Of a stretch of DNA of 64,000 bases, positions 40,101-52,100 are shown in pieces. The position numbers were made by a program, and so were the translations under genes. The DNA comes from Hypanus sabinus (taxonomy: Eukaryota), in the NCBI RefSeq assembly GCF_030144855.1, contig NC_082731.1:10168001-10232000 (forward strand), given 5' to 3'. Positions within the stretch are counted from its first letter, which is position 1; the number at the start of each line of letters is the position of its first letter. The notes below the pieces were generated by a model. That model was not told the DNA's origin. It ran no database searches and saw only the letters and a list, made by a program, of their open reading frames with translations.

Positions 40101-43100
40101 CTCCTGACAGTCACTATGCTTTGGCGTGACCACTCCCTCTAGATGCTATCTCTCACCACCTCATTTTCCCGTATGAGCCGAAGGTCAACGAGCCGCTGCT
40201 CCAGTTCCATAATATGTTGTTTGAGGACTTGTAATTCGGTGAACCTGAAGAAAATGTGGTTATGCAGAATGCTGGAGGTCTCCCAGGTTTCCACTCCTCA
40301 CACAAAAAACGCAACACATCCCTGGATTAATCCTCACTGCTCTCTGTACCAACCGAGGAAGATTGTAGAAGATGAAAATAACCGAATATTTGCCTCGCCC
40401 AAGCGTGTTGTCGCTCAAGCTTGGTGAGTCAGATCCTCCCAACTCCAACACTGGTCCACTCACACAGTGACTGCTCTGCTTATAGATTCCTCGTTTTTAT
40501 TTGTTCACTTGCCCACTTCATGTAAAATACGCAGGTGATTGAGAGGTGGCTATTGGCACAATCATGCGTGAGAAGGCCCAGAAGGAATAAAGCATTTAGT
40601 CCCATAGTACCCAATATGAGCCCAACCTCCTTCACCCTGCAAACTGCAGCGATCCATGTATTTCCGAAATAGGATCACAGTTTGTGCCTGCACAATCCCT
40701 TCAGACAGGGACTTCATAACACACAGAAACATTATGGATGTGATGCCTTATCCCATTACCCTCAATTGGTCCAATGATTTAATTAAATCTAGCTACCAAC
40801 TCTATTCATACCTGGCTTTTGATTCCTTTGTTGACATTAACATTCAAGGCAAGAATGCAAATATACAAAGTAGGAAATGGACTTCGCCATCCCGTCGCTA
40901 ATCCTACTTCTCCACTTCACCGTCGTCAGTCTTATTATAAGCACTAACCTCCACATCCCCCACCTGTGATATGTTATTGCGCATACATCTCTCTTTTAAA
41001 AAGTATTGCAATATCCTTCTGCTGCATGTAAGTAATTCCAATATCTGTAATAAACTACGATAAAAAAATAAAACTTTACCTAGACTCTATCATAAATGTG
41101 GGACCTCATTTTCATGCTTCGGTTTTCTCCCACATCCGAAAGACGTGCAGTGGGTTAGTTAATTTTCAAAAGAATATTGTTACATAGAAAATAAATACAG
41201 AACAGTCAGGTCCTTCGGCCCATGATGCTGTGCAGACCCTTAAAATCTGCCATATAACCCTCCACCTTAAGTCCTCACATACCTGTCCAGTAGTCTCTTA
41301 AATTTCACTTGTGTATCTGCCCGCACCACTGACTCAGGCAGAGCATTCCACGCACCAAACACTCTCTGAGTAAAAACTCCGTCCTCTATTATCCCCTTTG
41401 AACTTTCCTTCCCTTACCTTAAATCCATGCCCTCTTGTATTGAGCAGTGGTGCCTGGGGAAGAGGCGCTGGCTGTCCACGCTATCTATTCCGCTTAATAT
41501 CTTGTACACCTCTATCATGTCTCCTCTCATCCTCCTCTCCAGAGAGTAAAGCCCTAGCTCCCTTAATCTCTGATCATAATGTATACTGACTAAACCAGGC
41601 AGCATCCTGGTAAATCTCCTCTGTACCCTTTCCAATGCTTCCACATCCTTCCAATAGTGAGGCGACCAGAACTAGACACAGTACTCCAAGTGTGTCTTAA
41701 TCAGAGTTTTACAGAACTGCAAAATTATCCCGCGACTCTTAAACCCTAAACCTCGTCTTATGAAAGCTAACACTCCATAAGCTTTCTTAAATACACTATA
41801 TACGTGTGACGCAACTTTCAGGGATCTGTGGACATGTACCACCAGATCCCTCTGCTCCTCCACACTTCCAAGTATCCTGCCATTTACTTTGTACTCTGCC
41901 TTGGAGTTGGTCCTTCCAAAGTGTATCACCTCACACTTCTCTGGGTTGAACTCCATCTGTCATTTCGCAGCCCCCTTCTGCATCCTGTCAATGTCTTTCT
42001 GCAATCTTAGACAATCCTCTACACTATCCACAACACCACCAACCTTTGTGTTGTCTGAAAAATTTCCAACCCACCCTTCCACCCCCACATCCAGTTCATT
42101 ATAAGAATCACGAAAATAGTCCCAGAACCGATCCTTGTGGGTCACCACTAGTCACAACCCCCCACTCCGAATGTACTGCCTCCACCAGGAGCCACTGCTT
42201 TCTGCAGGCAAGCCAATTCTGAATCCACCTGTACAAACTTCCCTGGATCCCATGCCTTCTGACTTTCTGAATAAGCCTACTGTGTGGACCCTTGTCAAAT
42301 GCCTTACAAAAATCCATGTAGATCACATTCACTGCACTACCCTCATCTATATGGCTGGTCACTTCCTCAAAGAACACTATCAGGCTTGTTAGACACGATC
42401 TGCCCTTCACAAAGCCATGCTGACTGTCACTGATCAGACCATGATACTCTGAATGCCCATAGATTCTGTCTGCAAGATTCTTTTTCCAACAGCTTTCCCA
42501 CCACAGACTTAAGGCTCACTGGTCTACCCGGACTATGCCTACTTACTTTTTTTAACAAGTGTCAACATTCGCCTCCCTCCAATCGTCCGGTATCATTCCC
42601 ATGGACGACAAGGACAAAAAGATCCTAGGTGGAAGATCAGCAATCTCTTCCCTTGCCTCATAGAGCAGCCTTTGGAAGATTCCGTCAGGCCCTGGGGACT
42701 TATCCGTCCTAATGTATTTTAACAAATCCCATACCTCTTCTGCCTTAATATCAACATGCTCCACAACATCAACCTCACTCATATTGTTCTCACAATCATC
42801 AAGTTCCCTCTCATTGGTGAATACGGAAGAGAAGTATTCATTGAGGAACTCGCTCACTTCCACAGCCTCCAGGCACATCTTCCCACCTTTATATCTAATC
42901 GGTCCTATCTTCACTCCTGTCAAGCTTTTGTTCCTCACATAATTGCAGAATGCCTTATCCATACTTGCCAAAGCCTTCTCCTGCCCCTTTCTTGCTCTCC
43001 TCAGCCCCTTCTTAAGCTCATTTCTTGCTACCCTATATTCCTCAATAGACCCATCTGATCCTTGCTTCCTAAACCTCATGTATGCTGCCTTCTTCCACCC

Positions 43101-46100
43101 GACAAGATTTTCCACTTCACTTGTCACCCATGGTTCCTTCACCCTACAATTCTTTATCTTCCACACCGGGACAAATTTATCGCTAACATCCTGCAAGAGA
43201 TCCCTAAACAACGACCACATGTTCATAGTACATTTCCCTGCAAATACATCGTCCCAATTCACACCCGCAAGTTTTAGCCTTGTAGCCTCATAATTTGCCC
43301 TTCTCCAATAAAAAGAAATCCTGTCCTCTCTGATTCTATCCTTCTCCATGATAATCTTAAAAGCCAGGGAGTGGTGGTCAGCGTCACTCAGATGCTCACC
43401 CACAGAGAGATCTGTGACCTGACCCGGTTTGTTACCTAATACTATGAACTAGTATTAGGTACTAGTTACTAGGAAAGTTGACGAGGGTAAAGCAGTGGAT
43501 GTTGTCTATATGGATTTCAGTAAAGCCTTTAACAAATTTCAACACAGAAGCTTAATGAGGAAGGTTCAACCATTAGCTATTAATATTGAAGTACACAAAT
43601 GGATTCGACAGTGGCTGGATGGGAGATGCAAGAGAGTAGTGGTGGATAACTGTTTGTCAGGTTGGAGGCTGGTGACTAGTGGTAAGCCACAGGGATCGGT
43701 ACCGGGTCCAGTGTTGTTTGTCATATACATTAATAATCTGGATGATGGGGTGGTAAATTGAATTAGGAAGAATGCAGATGAAAATAAGATAGTGGTGTTG
43801 TGGATAATGTAATAGGTTTTCAAAGCTTGCAGAGAGATTTAGGCCAGTTAGAACAGTGCGATGAAAGATGGAAGATGGAGTTTAATGCTGTTAAGTATGA
43901 GGTGATAATTTATGGTAGGAATAATCAAAATAGGTCATACATGGTAAATGGTAGGACATTGAGGAATGCAATAGAACAGTGATCTAGGACTGATGGTGCA
44001 TAGTTCCCTGAAGGTGGAATTTCATGTGGGCAGGGTGGTGAAGAAAGCTTTTGGTGTGCTGGCCTTCATAAATCAGAGCATTGAGTATAGGAGCTGGGAT
44101 GGAATATTACAATTATACAAGGCATTGGTGAGGCCAAATTTGGAGTATTGTGTACATTTCTGTTCACCGAATTATAGGGAAAATTTCAACAAAATAGAAA
44201 GAGTACAGAGGAGATATATAAGAATGTTAAGTGTGATTCAGCACGTAAGTTACAGAACAAGTTAGGTCTTTATTCTTCGGAGCATAGAAGGTTGAGAGGG
44301 GACTTGATTAAGGTATTTAAAACTATGAGGGGGTGGATAGAGTTGACGTGGATAGGCTTTTTCCATTCAGAGTAGGGGAAATTCAAACTAGAGTATATGA
44401 GTTGAGAGTTAAGGGGCAAAAGTTTAGGGTTAACACGAGGGGGAATTTCTTTAGTCAGAGAGTGTTAGCTGTGTGGAACGAGCCAGTAGAAGTGGTAGAT
44501 GCAGGTTCTATTTTGTCATTTAAAATAAAAATTGATAGGTATATGGACAGGAAAGGAATGGAGGGTTATGGGCTGAGTGCTGGCCAGAGGGGGTAGGTGA
44601 GAGTAAGCATTCAGCCCGGACTAGAAGGGCCGAGATGGCCTGCTTCCGTGCTGTAATTGTTATATGGTTATATGGTTATAAAGGTAATAGCTATGTTTAA
44701 GAACTGTTTCGACAACGCAGTAAAATAGTCAAGGCATAGGGGGACACTGTCGTACAGTAAACACATAGGATTTATGTAGACGGGTGAGGAATATCAGCAT
44801 AGGCTTGGTGGGCCCGGTTCGGTGTTTTTGTAATGTATGATTGACTCCCAGCAGTTCCACAGCTGACCTGTCCCAGAAATGCTGGGAGTCAGGAACAGGT
44901 GACAATCCACATGGAAGAATTCATCAGAGGAGAAAATACTTCTGTGAGATTTTAAATTATATCTGAAAAAGAATTCCCATTAGCCGTTATCGCTCATACT
45001 GCTTGACGACAGTATGGTGCCGTGAGGACGTGTTAGGAATGGTCAACTAATCTGTGCAGGTTAGTAGTGAATTAGTAGTGAATGTATAAAAACAGGATGA
45101 TTCTGTCAAACAACTGTGCATGAAAAGTGTAGGCCCCTGGCACGCCTTTGGCTCTCTCAGCTCACTGCCGTCTAGGGGGAGCAGCCTTCGGCCCCGCCAA
45201 ACTGGATAATCAGCTTGTGTGGATGCTGTGTGATGTCTCCACCCCGCCAAATAACAGACAGTACACCATATGCGATTAAATGATTACACTTTATAGACAT
45301 TGCTAGAACTAAGTGATTAATAACGATACAGTATATATGAAGGAAAAGAAAGTAAAGAAAGGGCGCCAAACTTATCAAAGTCCAAACCGTGCACAACCGT
45401 TGGAGCTCAATTATCGAAATCTTCTGGCAGCATTCGATCCCCTCAGACCTCCTCGACTGGCAGCTCAGGACCACCCGCAGTGATCAACCAAGCACCCCCG
45501 GCACATTTGACTTCGTCTCCTCTCCTAACCGACAATCCTGGCCTCGGACCCCCGCTCGGGGTCCGTTCCGTCGCCCAGTTTACAGCATCGCGTCCTTTCT
45601 CTCTCAGCCCCTCTCATCGACTCCCCAAAAGCCCGCCAACGCTAGCTTACAGACCCAGAAGACAGAATAACATTAATACAAATTGGTTAATAAACAAATA
45701 CAATTCTATTTATCGGTAAATTTTTACCCAAACAAACTGCGAGAGAAAGCATTTATCATAACAAAGAAGCCATTTTGATTAACATACGCAGTAACATAAA
45801 GAAAGAAGAAACCACCTTGAGAGTTAAGGGGCAAAGGTTTATGGGTAACTCGAGGGGAAACTTCTTTATCTTGAGAGTGGTAGCTGTGTTGAACGAGCTT
45901 CCAGTAGAAGTGGTAGAGGCAGGTTCTATTTTGTCATTTAAAAAAAGGGATAGTTATATGGACAGGAAAGGAATGGAGGGTTATGGGCTAAGAGCAGGTA
46001 GGTGGGACGAGGTGAGAGTAAGCGTTTGGCACAGATTAGAAGGACTGATATGGCCTGTTTCCGTGCTGTAATTGTTATATGGTTATACTATATAGAACCA

Positions 46101-49100
46101 TAGGACCATAGAACATTACAACACAGAAACAGGCATTTTGGCCCTTCTTGGCTGTGCCAAACCATTTTTCCGCCTAGTCCCACTAACCCGCCCCCGGCCC
46201 ATATCCCTCCATACAACCCCCATCCATGTACCTGTCCAAGTTTTTCTTAAATATTAAAAGTGAGCCCACACTTACAACTTCATCTGGCAGCTCATTCCAC
46301 AGTGGCACCACTCACTGTGTGAAGAAGCCCCACCTAATGTTCCCTTTAAACTTTTCCCCCTTCACCCTTAACCTATGTCCTCTGTTTTCTTTTTCTTCCC
46401 TAGGCTCAGTTGAAAAAGTCTGCTTGCTTTCACTCTATCTATACCCATCATAATTTTATACACTTCTGTCAAGTCTCCTCTCATTCTTCTATGCTCCAGT
46501 GACTAAAGTCCTAACATATTCAACCTTCCTCGTTAACACAGTTTCTCAAGTCTGGGCAACATCCTTGTAAACCTTCTCTGCACTCTTTCAACCTTTCCAT
46601 AATTCGGTGACCAAAACTGTAAACAATACTCCAAATTCGGCCTCACCAATGCCTCATACAACCTCACCACAACATTCCAACTCGTTTACTCAATACTTTG
46701 ATTTATAAAGGCCAATGTACCCAATGCTCTCTTTAATACCCTATCTGACTGTGACACCGCTTTTAGGAAATTTTGTATCTGTGTTCCTAGATCCCCCTGT
46801 TCTTCTGCACTCCTCAGTGCCCTACCATTTACCTTGTATGTTCTACCTTGGTTTGCCCTTCCAAAGTGCAATACCTCATACTCGTCAGTATTAAACTCCA
46901 TCTGCCATTTTCAGCCCATTTTCCCAGCTGGTCCAGATCCCTCTGCAAGCTTTGAAAACCTTCCTCGCTGTCCACTGCACCTCCAATCTTTGTATCATCA
47001 GCAAATTTGCTTATCCAATTTACCACATTATCATCCAGATCATTGATATAGATGACAAATAATAATGGACTCAGCACTAATCCCTGTGGCACACCACTAG
47101 TCTCATTGACAGATCTAGTGAAGCACTTTCCCTAGACGGCTTGTCAACTTACTATGACAGGAATCCGTCTGGATGCACTTAACAAACACCTCCTCGTCTA
47201 AACCAGTGCAACTAATCAGGTGCCAATCAATATTAGGGAAGTTAAAGTCACCCATGATAACAACCCTGCTATTTTTGCACCTTTCCAAAATCTGCCTCCT
47301 AATTTACTCCTCGGTATCTCTGCTGCTGCCAGGGGGCCTATATAATACTCCCAATAGAGTAACTGCTCCCCTCCTATTCCTGACCTCTACCCATACCGAC
47401 TGAAAAGAGGATCCTGCGACATTATCCACCCTTTCTGTAGCTGTAATAGTATCCCTGACCAGTAATGCCACCCCTCCTCACCTTCCCCCACCCCTCTCTA
47501 TCCCTTTTAAAACATTGAAATCCAGGAATATTGAGAATCCATTCCTGCCCTGGTGCAAGCCAAGAGGCAGTACTGGACACTGCATCATAATTCCATGTAT
47601 GTATCCAAGCTCTCAGTTCATCACCTTCGTTCCTGATGTTTCTTGCATTGAAGTACATGAACTTTAGCCCCTCTACCTGACTATCCTTACGGCCTTTAGT
47701 CTGTTTCTCTTTCCTCAAAGCCTCTTTATATGTTAGATCTGGCTTTACTCCATGCACTATACTCGCAGCTCTCGCATGACCTTTAGCCGCCTCCACCTCA
47801 CCATCTGCTCTAACACTCTGGTTCCCCTCCCCCTGCAAATCCAGTGCTAGTTCACAGTGCTTAGAACAATGGTAGACTTGGGTGGAATTGATGTGATTGT
47901 GGAGGTGCATAAACCAAAATGGATTCACGTAGAATTAGTGTAAATGACTTGTACAACTACAGTGCACATTCGGTGGATCGAAACTCTTCTAATTTTTTCG
48001 TCTGTTGCTTTTATTTTATTCAGAGGTACAGCACAGAAACGACTTTCTTTTGCAACTAGTCACCCCACCCTACCGCTCTCCATTTTAAACCTAACCTAAT
48101 CAGAGGATAATTTTCTAACCAATCTGCCTTTGGACTATAGGAGTTAATGAGAGTATTGGGAGGAAACCCACACGGTGTCGGGGAGACCGAGCAAACTCCT
48201 TAGACATAGCGCTGGAATAGAACTCCAAAATCAAACCCGCCGTGCTACAATAGTAGCACTGCTGAGTTATCACTTGGCTTCTGCTTCTCCAAAACTCTTT
48301 CTAAATATTAATGTTGCCTTCGTCCTTATCGTTTAGACTTATTATAAATATTCGGGACCCAACACCGATCCATGTGATTCTAGTGAGCAGTTGGCATAAC
48401 GCTATCACAGTGACAGCCACATGATTGGGGCTCAATTCCTGTCTTTCAGATGTTTGTACTTTCTTCTCCGTCATTGTGTGTGTTTTCTCCAGGTGCTTCG
48501 GTTTTCTCCCATATTCCAAAGCCGTATTCTTACGGTTACTGAATGTGAGCATGCTGTGTCGGCGCCGGAAACAGAGATTGCTGCAGGCTGCCCAGGACAT
48601 TCCTGGCTAATTTGATTTGACACAAACGGCGCATTTCACGAGTTTGCTTCAGTTTCATCCCACGTGGCACAGCAAATTGTCTCTCAATGTGTCAAATGGG
48701 ATGTTTAATGGAGAATTAAAGTGGCATGATGATCGATGTTATCTAATGCCACGTTCATCTCAGCGGGCATACTGTAAACTTGCTATTTTGATTCCCACAC
48801 TCAGTACACGTCAATACTCATCAACAGCAAGATGCAGTTTGAGAAAAATGTAATTGTGCAAATTATAAAACTCAGTGTTGTCTGCTGTGGGCAAATTGGT
48901 GACGTTTCAGCTAGGATCACCTTTTAACAAACTTTGCACTACTCATATTTTATGTACATCATGATCATCAAAGTACAAAGTTCAAAGTATAATCAATATT
49001 CATATGTCATCATATAAAAACCTGAAATTAATTTTCTTGCGGACATTCACATTAAATGTATTTCATTGATACCATTGAACAGAATAAAATCAATGAAACC

Positions 49101-52100
49101 CCGTTCACATCAAGATGAACAAAAAATGGGAAAAACGCAAATTGTGCAAATACATAAAAATGCAAATATAATAACAATAAGAAATAAATAAACAAACAAA
49201 TAAACAATAAATATCGACAACATGAGATGATTTTTTTACAGTGAGCTGTGGGTTGTGGGAGCAGCGCAGTGTCAGGGTGAATGAGGTTGACTGAAGGTAT
49301 CCTTGCTGGTTCGGAAACCTGATGCTGAAGGGGTAATAATTGTTTCTGAATCTCATGGTTTGGGTCCTGAGGCTTCTGTACCTCCTTTCTGATGGCGCTT
49401 GCGATAAGGGAGTGTGGCCCGGATGGTGGTGGTCCTTGAAGATAAATGCGGCATTCCTGTTTCAGCGATCCATATAGATGCGCTTAATGGTGGGGAGACC
49501 TTTTCTAGTGCTGAACTGGGCAGTATCCACGACCTTTTTGTAGCCTTTCTACTCTAGGGCATTGGCATTTCCAATGGCATATTGCGTCGCATAACTACAT
49601 AAGTTTGTCAAAGTTTTAGGTGACATGCTGAATCTTCTCAAACTTCTAAGAAAGTAGTTGCGCTGCTATGTTTAATTTCTAATGGCACTTACGATCTTGG
49701 ACTCAGGATAGGTCCTCTGAAATGATAACGTTGAAGTTGGTGATTCTCTCCCAAGATGAGGACTGGCTCATGAACCCGCTGTTTTCTCTTCCTTCACTCA
49801 ATAATCAGCTCCTTGGTGTTTTTGACATTAAGTGAAATATTTTCATTCCGGCAGCTAGATTTTCAATCTTTCTTCTCTGTGTTGCTTTGTGAGCACCTTT
49901 GAAACGGCCAAAAGTTTATCAGGCGAAATTTCAAAGTACCATTCAAGGTACATGATATATTCACTGCAAACTCTGATACAGTGTACCACTATACTGAAGG
50001 AAATACCGCACCTTGAGTCGCCCCTTCAGCCAAAACGTCTTAGAAGCGCTAGCATAACTCTTGATGTAAGGAATATTGCAGCTGTCTTATGCCTAACACG
50101 TTGTCACCAAGAACAGAGTAAAATTGATTCAATCAGTTCAACTATGCTTCTGAAGATGAATATTTTGCAGGATAGTGATAAGTGTCTAACCAAATCAGTA
50201 GAAGTAAGTCTTTTGTTTTCGTTAATTTTAGCAAGTTCACCAAACATCAATGTCTATTCTGCAACTGATGGACAAAAGGCACAGGGTTTTGTGGAATTGA
50301 TTTGTGTCATGAGCGACTACCTACCTGAAAACATCGCAGTGAACTGGCAGAAAAACCAACGAGCCGTACATTCTGGCATTACCACCAGGCCTCCTGCTAA
50401 AACATCGGATGGAACGTTTACCTCAGCAAGTGTGCTGAAAGTGCCGCTGAATGAATGGGCCAGTGGTTCTGTGTTCTCGTGCCAAGTATACCACTCTGCA
50501 ACGGGCAGGAACATCCGCAAAGACATACGAACCGAATCAGGTGAGAGGGAGTTCCCGATATACAGGTGAAATATTTCCACTTTCATCCTCAGTTTTACTG
50601 TTGTTGGGTTGTGATAATGTATCAACACGGTTTAAAAAGAGTCATGCTAGTAAATATTGAAATGCCTGTCAATATAGAGTTTGGGTAAGGGAAAGACAGG
50701 AATGTGATTCTGAACGTTTAGGCAGCAAACATGAAATAACAGAGGTAAGAATTCCAAACAAATCCTGAAACTGTACGCACAACATGTCATGTTGCATCAG
50801 TGAATATTGATTTCTGGTCAAATTAATAGAACAAAATGTGTGTATCCGAAAATATTATAAGGAGTCCGGGCCAATTAAAGGAGAAGCACTGGCAAGGGGT
50901 CGTGAAAGATCTTCTGTGATCCTTTTTAAATTTCGATGCATATTAAATTTTACTGATATGTTATATCCCTGGCAGGAGTCAGCATGCAATAATGAAAGTG
51001 TTGGAAAAATATAAATGAAAGGAAGAAAGTAGTCGAGGCAACCACAGAACGACTCAAACAGTGAAACCTTGTGCTAAACTGTTCTTGCTAAATACACGGA
51101 ATGATCTTAGACGCTGCATATTTTGGCACTTTTCTCCATCCAATATTCGCTTCCATAATCTAGCTTTCTGTGTTCTGTCCTCTCTCAGTCTGCTTCCCTC
51201 GGCTGGCTCCATACCTCTGACTATTCTGCCACAAGCCACTGACTCTTTCCCCTCTCCGGTATGTTATCACTGTCGTCCTTTAAGGGAAAGTCTGAATGCA
51301 TCCGTCCCATCACCCTTCTTTATTATTAAATTGAATTCAGTGCTAAGTTTCAGGTTCGTCATCAATAAATCATCCTCTCAATTTTGTGCTCTAGGTTTCG
51401 CATTGTTTCTCAGAGATCCTACTGTTGAAGAAATATGGATAAACAAAATTGCCACACTGGTGTGTGAAGTGATCGCCACAACTCCAGCTGAGGTTTCCAT
51501 CTCCTGGACAGTGGGTGGAAAGAAAAGGGCTGATGGTGTTCAAACTGGACAAGCAACAAAGTTCGGAACCCAATACCGGACAGTTAGCCGTTTGACCAGC
51601 AGTGTTGCGGAGTGGGACAGCGGGGTTGAATACTCCTGCTTGGTGCAGAACAATCAATTAGCTACGCCATTATCAAAACTGACACGGAACAGAAAAGGTG
51701 TGTGCGATAAGGACAATCGAAACACAAAGTAGTGTGGATGCAGAAAGCTGAACAGAAACTGCTGGATGTCAGATAGTATATTGGAGAGGAAAACTGGCAT
51801 GACTTTGAGCGAGTTGACCTCTGGTAGACCCGTAAGGCAATACGTAATTCAGGGGAAGATGGGCGTTGCGACAATTAGGACACCGATAAAATTCCCCCAA
51901 TGCATAGTTAACCGAAATGTTGGATACATATTATCCTAGAACATAAGAGCAGCCCCATCCCCCCAGTAAAACCCAGTGAGCATAGGCACTATGGAATTGT
52001 ACATTTTTAAAATTGTTTTGTTGTTTCAACAACTCCTCACAGAGCCTACCCTCCTCCTCCACATTTGGAATAAGTTATAGTTGTCAACGTAGTCTGTACC

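Noticed and set aside
39479-40129. ORFs spanning the N-run
   Set aside because: Artefacts of translating through the assembly gap.
35634-50231. Classical switch (S) region in the J-C intron
   Set aside because: No tandem AGCT/GGG-rich array is present, only LINE and SINE debris.
49889-51732. Long ORFs 49889-50569 and 51061-51732 as single-exon genes
   Set aside because: Only the Ig-domain parts are exons. The N-terminal extensions are open intronic sequence upstream of clear acceptors.
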